The notes beneath the pieces are model-generated. The model made no database searches. It was not told the DNA's origin and was given only the letters and a program-made list of their open reading frames with translations. A DNA stretch of 64,000 nucleotides from Adineta vaga (lineage: Eukaryota > Animalia > Rotifera), in contig CP075494.1 in the NCBI GenBank assembly GCA_021613535.1, forward strand, positions 4,402,001 to 4,466,000, in the 5' to 3' direction. A program made the position numbers and the translations under genes. Positions 35,937 to 46,749 of the stretch are shown here, in pieces. The first letter of the stretch is position 1. Each line of letters starts with the position of its first letter.

Positions 35937-36915
35937 GTTTTAAATAGTAAGTATCTAAATAAAATGAAAGGAGACAATATCTTATGTTCTACCGAAATAA
36001 ATGTTAAGGTGATAGTGTAATCAATTAAACAGTATGTTACTGCACAACGTGGAGAAAAATATTAGAGAAAGAAAAAAAACTGTCGTTATTTATACCATGA
36101 TGCATCGGAACGAAACTGTATGAGTTGGAAGAGAAAGAGAGAGTAAAAAAGAATGTCCTTGTTAAACTCAACGCACTTATGTGCCGTTTCTCTCTCATCA
36201 CTGTAACATGACGATGCACAATTTACTGCATTATTCTGCTTGTTTTAGTAAAAATGCTATATCATCATGAAAAATATTCCAATTTTCTACTAATATTGTT
36301 TAACATCCTTTTTCAATATTTGAACAATGCGTACATTTTCCTTCCTCTATCTCTGACCGTAAATTTACTATGGATCAAATTGTAGATAGTGATGATGATG
36401 GAGAAGAAGATCCAGAAGGATCCGTTTTTTTAGTTTATAGATGGCAGTACTCGTAACATTATGCAAGACAGAGTCTATTTATATCCATGAGAATTTTGAT
36501 AGATTGTTTAAATTACACACGGCATTCCGATGAGTTTCGCCCAACTATTTACGAAATTTATCTAGTTTTTGTTCACACAAATTTTATATCGACTCTCTAT
36601 AGTATGTTGAACGTTGTATGTTTTAATAATTTTCTTGTGTTTTGTCGGTCATATTTTTTTTAAATATTTTCCTAATGCTTAGAAAAACATTAGCTTCGTC
36701 TTTAGTGAATTCTCTAAATTTAGTATAACTATTAGGATGTACGTCTGCGGTATCCCTTGATAACTCTAACATACAAAGCTTGATCGCATTTTTAATATCG
36801 CAAAGATTGCGGTAACAGTTTTTCATTCTAATGAAATTTTAACATTTATTTTATCATTGAACAAAAAAATTTTCAAGTTTGTCATTTGTAAGCAAGATTT
36901 GTTCGTCCATATTTT

Positions 36916-37251
36916 TTAACGCTGTTTTAATTTACGATTTTCCATTTCTTTTTGAAATAGATAAATTTTTTCGGCTATTTTATGAAAATATTCCTCTTGA
37001 TCATTTGCTATTTCAAATGCTTCATGTTCTATATGTTTCGTGAAATTCATTGCCAGAATAGCATATCTATCATTTCCCGTTTGTTGATCAGTGCTTGATG
37101 TTAATGCAGTAACACATTTTTGGACTAAATGATTTCGCCTTTCTTGTGTAATGCGTGTTTGCCATGCTTTATTCGTTGTTGTTGATCTTGATACTGAATT
37201 TGTAGTTAAGTCAGGACCCTTATATTCTGATGATTCTTCGGTTTTGTCCAT
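36916..37251 (-). CDS. Stand-alone CBP/p300-type KIX domain protein
   Basis: WQTRITQERRNHLVQK...IEHEAFEIANDQEEYFHKIAEKIYLFQKEME aligns by eye with CBP KIX (W...VTQDLRSHLVHK...YESANSRDEYYHLLAEKIYKIQKELE). Confidence 0.75.
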   Translation of the reverse strand: MDKTEESSEYKGPDLTTNSVSRSTTTNKAWQTRITQERRNHLVQKCVTALTSSTDQQTGNDRYAILAMNFTKHIEHEAFEIANDQEEYFHKIAEKIYLFQKEMENRKLKQR

Positions 37252-37373
37252 TGAAAATGTTAAAGACTAAATAAAAGAATAAACGAGTGTCATTCTTCAT
37301 TGTCCAGACTTTATGTTACCTGATATAAAACGTTTTTTTTTTGTTTATTCTTAAACGAATAAAAAATCTATTC

Positions 37374-37415
37374 GATGGTGTGACGGAGGGTGTGAGTGTG
37401 CCTTCTTACACGATG
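37374..37415. repeat. Telomeric-hexamer palindrome, degenerate copy 5
   Basis: GATGGTGTGACGGAGGGTGTGAGTGTGCCTTCTTACACGATG. Confidence 0.4.
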
Positions 37416-38458
37416 CAGTATTGTAACATATGTACGCTCACAATTGTGTCTCTTCTCTATTGAATACAACTTATATAGGAGTCGTGACACATGCTAGAAC
37501 AAAGAGAGGGCATAGGTCAATGGTCGGTGAGCAGGTCGCACAGATGAAGTATATAGCTATCCATTCACCGTTACAGATGGATGCTAATATTTTATGTAGA
37601 ATGATATAACGTATCTCTGTCAGAAAGATCAGATTTAATCTGTGAAAATTGATTCAACCGTAAACCAAATTCTGGTGATATATCTATTCTAAGTCACTTT
37701 TCATGTAGAAAACAAAAATATTCTGAGAATATATTTGAAAATATTGAACATCTTACCTATCTTAATAATCGATCGGAATTAAAATAAACGTCCTTTTGTG
37801 GTCGATATATTTATAGGCTTCGATTAGTCAATATAATCAGAGTATTTTTTTCCTTTTACTATACGTGTCGTTACCTATGAATTACTCATTCGACGATGAA
37901 AGCTGTTTTTCTCTCTTGCATTATATAAGAGAATAAACATTCATCTGATAGCTGAAAAGACAGGGTGAGTAAGCGTACGAGTTTAGGTAATAAAGACATA
38001 CGTCATCGCGGCTCTTTTCTTTTATCAATTTAGAAAAATAGTAATTTCTTCATAGACACGATCAGATAACGAAGAAAAGCAGTTTAATGAGTTATTTTTT
38101 GAATTGTAAATGTTCTTAGAATATAATTATTGAAAGATGATGACCATATCTTGATCAATTTTTTCCTCTTCAAATGTTTCTGCTTTGTTGAGTCATAGAA
38201 GAGAAAAGAAAACAATGCAATTTACCCTTCCAATTCTCTAATCGATTCTTTTTCTTTCCTTTTACTTATTCTTCATATCCTTCAAACCTGAAAAAAGAAT
38301 AAACATTTTAAAAAAAAGTGTTAGCCTAATTCAGTGCTTAATTATGATACGCATAGCATTGATGTAATTTCTATCTTTACCTTTCTCTTTTTTTCTCTTC
38401 TAACTCTTATTTATCCTGTAAGCACTTTCAAATGTACCAATTAAAGAAGTATATGATG

Positions 38459-38508
38459 AATGGGTGACGTCGTTGAGTCTCTTCTCGCTAAACATCCGCA
38501 CCCTCAAT
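38459..38508. repeat. Telomeric-hexamer palindrome, degenerate copy 6
   Basis: TGGGTGA...CATCCGCACCCTCAA, about 100 bp past the E2-SOCS stop. Confidence 0.4.
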
Positions 38509-38607
38509 CAAGAAAAAAATAATAAAACGGATGTTTAGTTTAATGAGTTTTATTTTAAATCAGAATCGTCTACAATAAACATTAAGTTTACAATATTTTC
38601 CGATAAT

Positions 38608-39632
38608 TTAAGCTAAATCCATTGTCGGATCTAAATATTTTTTCAAGCTATTTGATAATGGTAATCGGTTGATTTGTGCACAGTTAAAATCAAGTTGCGT
38701 GCAAATCATTCGTTTTGCAGCGCCTTTCAATGAAACTACTGCTGAATCCGGACGTGGGTACGCAAATTTCCTAACCATTTGCAAAGCTGTTGCTTCATAC
38801 TTTGCTCTGTCTTGTTCATATAATCGTTTAGCCTCTTTATTCATCACACAGTATGCTGAAGCATCTTCTGGATGATCAATAGCGATTACAAAATGTTTAA
38901 TCATTCTATTGATTTTAGTGATAGATGACCATTCTCTCTCACAACATCCACTACAATAAACAGATGTTGAACTGCTGTTTCCCACAGCTGGATGGTAAAT
39001 ATGCGTTAACAATATCATTTTCGGTCGCTTGAATGGAAAATCGCCACATAGTGTAATACAGACTTTGTATGATCCATATTTATAAGGTGCAGTTCGTGGT
39101 AATAGATATCCGTATATACACAATTTTTGTGAGTTTTCATCCTTTTTTGATCCTTCATAATAAAAGTATGATGCAACATAAGGATCACCAATTAAGTTGT
39201 TTAACTGACTCAAGATTGTTCTGTGTCAAGTTGCAGAAGACATCACCTAAAATTAGAGAAAAATATTGATCGTCAAGAACTCTCTAGTGTAAAATTCAAC
39301 TTTCAATTATTATTCATTCACATATAGTAAAAGAAATTTCCAACAGAAATAACATTGTGGTAAAAATAGTATTGAATCCGAATTATGATTTTGTGTATTT
39401 ATTTTTTACAATGACGTCACACAGAGTGAAGAAAGAAAAGTCAATTCAACATGTCAATATTTTTTTAATAATTTATAATAGAGGACGCTCGTTTTTTCAT
39501 TCAATATAGGAATAATCTCGTTAATATAGGCGGTACGGATCGAGATTGAGGAAAAATCTAGATTTCATACACCTTCTACATGAACATAGCGAGAGATTTC
39601 TCTAGACGCACATATCCATTTTTGTTCATCAT
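38608..39632 (-). CDS. UBE2L3-like ubiquitin-conjugating (E2) domain fused to a C-terminal SOCS box; predicted exons 39632-39580 and 39220-38608
   Basis: PYKYGSY, FPFKRPKMILLTHIYHPAV, EQDRAKYE..RKFAYPRP, then VSLKGAAKRMI...INRLPLSNSLKKYL (BC box plus LP-type cullin box). The predicted splice gives an in-frame N-terminal helix MMNKNGYVRLEKSL. Confidence 0.75.
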
Positions 39633-39835
39633 TGCAGAAATGAAAAAAAAATTATCTAGAAGGAATTTTCCATTTCCTCTATACTTGCTCATTGTATGAT
39701 GCAAGAGAATAATATGACTCATTTCTTGCGCATACACTTGCAATAAACATCGGCGAACGAACACAACAAGCACGTGCATTTCTTTTCTTTACACATACAT
39801 ATATTACAATATTTCTCATTTTGTATTGAAAACAG

Positions 39836-41572
39836 ATGACAATAAATTTAGAACATTTACCTAATGAAATATTACATGAATTATTCGAATATTTCGATCC
39901 TCTAGAACTCATTCATGCATTCAGAAATCTTAATATTCGTTTCAATCAACTTCTCTTCTTCTATTTCCGTTCATATCGTCTGGATTTTCGTTCTATATCA
40001 AAAGCAAATTTTAATCTTATATGCACACAATATTTACCAGGAATTATTGATCATATTCGTTCATTTTGTTTATCGGATGGTGATGAAACTCCACATTTAT
40101 ATGAACATCTCCTCGATTATAATCTTACAATCGATGAATTTAGGCATTTACAAACGCTTTTACTTCACAAAATTGATTCAACAAATAATCTCCTTAATAT
40201 AACATCTGATTGTTTTTATCTTACTTATCTTACTCATTTAAAAATCATCGAATGCAAATTTTCGAATGACATCAATCCTAAACGTTTAATTTACAATATT
40301 TGGCATCTAAACAATCTTACACATTGTACATTGGATATAACATTCGAATCGAGTCTTAGTTTTTCTGGATTATCAATTATTTCAAAATCATTGACACATC
40401 TTTCAATAAAAACTTATACATTTTCATTAATTGAACTTTCCCATCTATTTAGTTTAACACCATATCTTCAACATCTTTCCATTGTATTCGGAGAGAATGT
40501 TGATATTAAATCACATCAAATCATTTCTGCTGTATTTCTCATTCGTTTAGAACTTCATTTTGGTGGTACTCTATCTACACTAAAGATAATTTTGGCAAGT
40601 GTACCTAATTTAAAACATTTCAAACTTAAAACAGAATCAATTAATTTAGATGGAAATCAATGGCAACAAGTCTTAATTACTTATCTTCCTATGATTAAAA
40701 CATTTCAATTTCTTATCAGAGTTTTAATATTAAAATACCATCATGTTGAAGAAGACCTAGAAGAATTTTTTAAAACCTTTCAAACTCCATTTTGGATTGA
40801 TGAACATCAATGGTATGTTCGGTGTGATTGGCCACGATATGCAAATAAACTATATCTTCTGTATACTTTACCTTATTGTTTCGACGATACTTATGTTATT
40901 TATCAAAATCAATGGTCGAAAACGACTTCTCCTGAACTTGATAATTCACACAATTATGATCGAGTAACAGATGTATTTTATAAAGGATTTAGAAATAATT
41001 TATCTCTATTATCAATACGTTATTCGAATATTCGTCACTTGACATTAAAACTACCGCATGATAAAAATATTTGGACAATTATAGCGAAATTAAATTATTT
41101 AATTTCATTAAAAGTCATTGAAAAACAAGAAAATAGTCGATCGGAATATCAATTACAGGATATACTTAATCGAGCACCTCGTTTAAGTATGTTAAATATT
41201 GATGCATTGTTATTTTTAAGATTCTTACAAATAAATATTCACCAACATATATCAGTACGTCGACTTCAATTGATACCTTACTGTTCAAAAACCAATCGTT
41301 ATTTAAATGCTGCACAATGTTCTATATTCACCAATTCTTCACTAGGACATCACTGTGAAGTTCTTCTAATTCATATTGAGAATCGCACAATTGTTCTTGA
41401 TCTCATACATAAAATGTGCAATCTTCGAGCATTACATTTCGAATGTCAAGATGATTATTCATCATTACATTCAAATGATGAATTAGTAGAATGGTTGAAA
41501 AATTCTTTACCGAAAACATATACGATTGTTCGACATCATTTACGTCTTATACAAATATGGATTCATCGATGA
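39836..41572 (+). CDS. F-box / LRR-like protein
   Basis: LEHLPNEILHELFEY F-box; leucine-rich region; FQTPFWIDEHQWYVRCDW and LYTLPY motifs shared with 60757..62481. Confidence 0.85.
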   Translation: MTINLEHLPNEILHELFEYFDPLELIHAFRNLNIRFNQLLFFYFRSYRLDFRSISKANFNLICTQYLPGIIDHIRSFCLSDGDETPHLYEHLLDYNLTIDEFRHLQTLLLHKIDSTNNLLNITSDCFYLTYLTHLKIIECKFSNDINPKRLIYNIWHLNNLTHCTLDITFESSLSFSGLSIISKSLTHLSIKTYTFSLIELSHLFSLTPYLQHLSIVFGENVDIKSHQIISAVFLIRLELHFGGTLSTLKIILASVPNLKHFKLKTESINLDGNQWQQVLITYLPMIKTFQFLIRVLILKYHHVEEDLEEFFKTFQTPFWIDEHQWYVRCDWPRYANKLYLLYTLPYCFDDTYVIYQNQWSKTTSPELDNSHNYDRVTDVFYKGFRNNLSLLSIRYSNIRHLTLKLPHDKNIWTIIAKLNYLISLKVIEKQENSRSEYQLQDILNRAPRLSMLNIDALLFLRFLQINIHQHISVRRLQLIPYCSKTNRYLNAAQCSIFTNSSLGHHCEVLLIHIENRTIVLDLIHKMCNLRALHFECQDDYSSLHSNDELVEWLKNSLPKTYTIVRHHLRLIQIWIHR

Positions 41573-41780
41573 AGGTGTGCATGTAGATATGCCTTTACTA
41601 TATCGACATTCTTAATATTATACTGATTCAATCGAGGATTAAATAAAATATTCTTGATAAGTCTTATTTATTTATAATAAGGATTTTTAAGCATACATAT
41701 TTTGTATTATAAAGTAGTTTTGAAAAGCAACAACAATTTGATAATATGTTTCTTAATGCGTGAAATTTTTGTTTGATCAA

Positions 41781-44204
41781 TCAGTTTTCAGTGAACAGTT
41801 CTACGCTCTTTGAGTCAGGAGCTTGGTTCCCGCCAGAAACTAACACTGTTCCATTTGTTAACATTGATACGGCATGCTGCATTCATTTACTAATCAAGGG
41901 TTGAGTAAACACCCAAATTCCACTTGATGGATCATATAATTTAGCAGTGTTTAAATAAGTGGCAGTACCAGGTTGCCCACCACTTATCAGTACCTTTACA
42001 TTTGTTAATACCGATGCTTGATGACCATGTCGTGCAGTATTTAGATAACCAGTTAATGTCCAATTTCCAGTGGATGAATTATACAATTCAGCACTATTTA
42101 ACTGATTGCTATAATATCCACCACTGATCAATACATTTCCATTTGCTAACAGGGATGAAGTGTGATAATACCGACCAACATTTAATTTACCGGTTGAGGT
42201 CCATACTAGAGAAAAAATCATGAAAAGATATTAAACAAGATATATATATAACACAAATATCTAATTCATGCTTTTGATGATTGTGAAGATTTTCCAGAAT
42301 ATTCTCAAGTTTGAACAAACGTTTATAGACATATCTTGATTTATCAAATACGGAATCATAGTCTAGATATAATCTACATATTGAATTCATTGAAGATAAG
42401 AATTCAGAAAGTAAAAGATCAAAAGCTTCGATGAAAGACATCGCAGATATAATGTTTTTGATGCACGTCTTATTAAAAGTTAGGTATGTGTTCACGAAAA
42501 TTAGATCAATTCACTTCAGATGCCCTGAAACAACTATATGATGGACTAAAAGCCAGATCTACTTTTACTTACAAGGTTTTGGCGTTGTTGTTGTTGTTAT
42601 TGATGTCGAAGATGTTCTTGCACTGTATATATATACGTATACAAAGAGACGAGAGTTGGCAACTGTTCCAATGGATCAATGAGAATTCAAAGTTTCAGGT
42701 TTTCTTCATCTTGAGGGTGAAAGTGAGCGTATGCGTATGAGTACGCGTCGTTCTTACATACGTTTTATACCCAAACTCATCTTCAAAAATATCATTATCC
42801 CTTGAGGTATTAAATCAAATCAAGTTAGATGATATGGTGTATTTAAGATGGTGGATACCATCGTAGGCTAGATGCTCGAGCAGAACTTGTTGAAAATATG
42901 AATACCCGGTGTTATAATGCGACTATGACATTACTCCGAATGGCGTGCATATTACTTTACTTACACGAAACATCATAACTCACAAATATAGTCCGTTGTG
43001 ATAAATAGATCATATTTAGTATCTAATCAACCGATGACTGTACGCTAACTCACGCATTCTGTATTTGTAAGAGATGTCTAGGACAAAGATACACAAATAA
43101 AAATACAATGAACGAGCGGATGACGAAAAGTATCAATGAAGATTTCATCCTTATAAACTTCCACACTAGTTTTAGTTCATTTCTTTTGAGCAAAATTTAT
43201 GCTAAAGTCAAACAGTTGCAAAAGATAAATCTTAGAAAATGCAGAGTACCTGTACCGAACGAAACATCTAGGAGTCTCAAATAATTCTAGATATGATTTT
43301 CTTCAAACACTTAAGATTTTACTGAGGATCGATATGAACCGATTCGATTAATCTAAACTGTTATCGAACTATTTCAATCCTAAAATCTGCTATTATTTAA
43401 ACTTACGTAGAAGTTGTTGTACTTGTTTTCTTACCTGGAAAAAGAACAAATATATTAGAAGTATTTCTGCAGAAAGTAACAAAATTTTTTAATGTAAAAT
43501 TTCGACGAACGAAGTTACATCAATGATCTTCTCATAGATTTTATTTCTCAATTGTATGTATTAGATGAATGTACAAAAAGGAAGTCAATCGGTTTGTTTA
43601 AAACGTATACAGAGCAACGTATCGCATTAGCACAGATGATACTCTAAAAAATTCTGAATTATTATTAATGCAACTATGGTAACACTGTAGCAATTGCCTT
43701 GAGTCCTGTAATAGGGTCTTTGAAATTGGTTTATAATGCTGATAAATAAGTTATAAGAATAGAATTAGAATGCTAGTTTATACGATTCACTGTCCATGAT
43801 GGCTAACTTGTTGGTATTAGATGTAAAGGTGTGAAATCTCATTTTATATTTCTCTCGCAATTAGGAATCTCTTCTCAAAGAGATGTGTAAGTATAACTTA
43901 CGAGCTGATAGTTGTCTTTCATCAATCGCGATCATAGTTACAACATCTTGCTGTACTTCTAAATTACCGTATTGACTTGGAATATCGCTGAATAGTTGAC
44001 AGGAATTCCTAGATTGATCGTACGTAAGTGTACGACAATTAGTATTTGTTAAACAGGTAATTTGACAATTTTTCAAATTTGATGTCGAAATGATGATAGG
44101 CGGTGAACATTATTAATTCGAGATAAGAGCACTTTATTGGGATTTTCAGAGGCTACTAGTATAATACCAGTGAACAGAAACAGTAAAACAATCTTGTAAT
44201 TCAT
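41781..44204 (-). pseudogene. Secreted PAN/Apple + Kelch-repeat protein pseudogene
   Basis: Signal peptide at 44204, frameshift near 44105, PAN-type Cys pattern (CQITCLTNTNCRTLTYD..SCQLF). Kelch repeats (GNVLISGG, SAELY) with an in-frame TGA at 41883-41885; the third repeat continues to 41781. Confidence 0.7.
42707..42785. repeat. Telomeric-hexamer palindrome, copy 7
   Basis: CATCTTGAGGGTGAAAGTGAGCGTATGCGTATGAG...CTTACATACG...CCCAAACTCATCTTCAA; hexamer periodicity retained. Confidence 0.65.
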
Positions 44205-45326
44205 GGTGACTGAAATTCACTTGTTAAATAAATGAATGACTTCTCAGAGAGAAGGAGAGAGATGAAACTATTCTATGGAAAAAATAGAGAGAAAATAGTT
44301 GTCGACTAATACATTTTATTTTTGGTTCGCTCAGTGCACTGTAAGAAAAATATTTTGTTTACTTTTTTGTTGTCAAAGTCCTCATATGTAAGTCATTTAT
44401 TTGCAAAATTGTTTTATTTAGAAACTGTTTCAAAATAATCAAAAATTTTCATTTAAATGAATTTTCTTTTATTTAAAGCACTATGTAATATTAAAGCCTA
44501 TCTTGTTGATCAATGTTTATTAAACAGAATACATCATACTGAATAAGTGTACTTTTCTCTGTATTTATTGAAAACATGTGGAATGTTTCCTCACTTTTGA
44601 TTACATATTTCATCTTTGTATGAGAAAATATCTGTCCCTATTGCAATATGACGAGTGAGAAACCTACGTCAATGAGTCATATTCTCAAATTGCTCAATTG
44701 ACTACGAAATAGGAATGTACACACCTAGTTGAAATCTGTATTTCGAATAAGTTCATTCAATGTATTTTGAACTTGTTCAAATGAAATAAGAGAAGATTTT
44801 AAAAGTTCGAAAAGCAATCGAACTGCAACAAATCAAAGATTGAAAGCTTTTAAATCGTCTTTTCGTTTCTAGTAAAAGTAATCCTTATTGTTCACCCTTT
44901 CGATCTCGACGTTTTCTTGCGTTCTGCACGAACACGAAAAAAAAAGAAAAACTCATTCTCTCTTGCGTTCTGTCTTTTCAATCAGCTGTGTGATTTCACT
45001 ATTCTATTCTTGAATAAAATTTCTATACAGAACAAAAAAAGAACGATGGATGTTTCTATGACGTTATACACTTCAAAATATTCTTCTTTTTTCATTAGTA
45101 GATGGAACTTGTTAACGGCAAGTCATTCTTTTATCGTTCTCCTATTATCCGTAAGAAAAAAGCTATAACAGCACTTTCATCATTAAAGGTATTCCGACTT
45201 TTTTTCCCCTTTGTTGAACACATTAAAGTAATCATGTTGAAAAAGAAAAAGTCGTTTTTACTTATGATTTTACATCCATAAGAAATAGTTGCATTCTTTG
45301 TTCTTATTTTTACTTCTATCGAACAA

Positions 45327-46462
45327 ATGTCTCTTCATTTGATGATTGAATGGAGTAAACGTCATAGAGTTGTAGTAATCAGTTCTATTGGACTCATTCT
45401 TTATCTTATTTATCGATATCAAGAACATATATATTCCATCAGTAGTCAATTTAATCAACAAATCAAACCTGCTAATCTTAGTAAGTTTAATTACATTGTT
45501 AAATAGAAATTTTACTATTCTTTTTCTTTTTCTTTTATTCAGCCGTTGGTAGAATAAGTGAAGTTCTATTGATCTATGTTTATGCAAATGCTCATTCCTA
45601 TGCATATGGAAATTTAAAATATTTCATTGAGAACGCTGTTCAAGAAAATGATGGTGTCGATTATTATTTTATTTTACAACAAATTGATAAAAAGCCGATA
45701 AATGAAAGTATAATGCCTGTGTTACCGAAATCAAATGCATTTTATATTCAACATGAGAATAAATGTTTTGATTATGGAACAATTGGATGGTTTTTCGATA
45801 CTTATACAATTGGAAATCCTTGGAAACAATCGTCATCAACAACAATAACAAATCCAATTAATTTAAAAAAATATAAATATTTTATATTTATGAATTCATC
45901 GATTCGTGGTCCATTCTTTCCTCCCTATTTTATTCAATTAGTTTTAAAAGCAAATTTTAATTATTATTGGTATTCAGTATTTACAAAACGTATCAATGAT
46001 AAAGTAAAATTAGTTGGCTGTACAATCAGTTGCGAAGCAGTTCCACACGTTCAATCCTATTTTCTTGCTACTGATTTCTCTGGTTTATCTTTATTCTTCA
46101 AACCAGGTAATTCAGGTGGTACATCAAATGATGGAATATTTCATTGTTATCCAACAAAAGATCATGTATCAATTAATAGTGAAATACCCATGTCAAATCG
46201 AATTATTGAATCAGGTTATATGATTGATTGTTTATTAACAAAATATCAAACAATTGATTTTACAAAACCCAATAATCGTTTTTGTAATGCAAATCTCAAT
46301 CCATATAAAGATCGTGGCCTTCAAAATACGTCATTAGAACCATATGAAGTTGTTTTTGTTAAAAGTAATGATTTAGTTTTTCTTAAAGATGGACGAGATC
46401 GAGCGATATTATATCAAAAATGGATGAACGATGTTAAGTCATTAAATCGAACATCATTATAA
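45327..46462 (+). CDS. Type II membrane glycosyltransferase-like protein; intron 45481-45542
   Basis: TM exon MSLHLMIEW..VVVISSIGLILYLIY spliced in frame to ORF 45569. Motifs HENKCFDYGT, FMNSSIRGPF, PHVQSY resemble rhamnan-synthesis-F-like / microbial GT-A proteins. Confidence 0.65.
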
Positions 46463-46749
46463 TCAATGCAAGACATTTTTTTAACTTAATTTTGTTTTAG
46501 TTTCATTTAATAAACAACACTCTGATATTAGTTTTCATTTTCGACATGGTTTTGATAAAATGACATACAATGTATAGAACAAGAAGAAATCATCACATTC
46601 CTGTTTTCTTTCTCCAGGATGAAAGTAAAAAACCATTCTGAAATGAATCATAGGGTTTTTTTTCTTGCTTCTACTTCACACAACGAATAAATACAAAAGT
46701 ATTAAACGAAAACAGTCGCTCTCGTTTGCTACACAAACAACATTAAACC

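Noticed and set aside
36369-36826. Acidic peptide fragment and 67-aa ORF
   Set aside because: No family recognisable, no clear gene structure.
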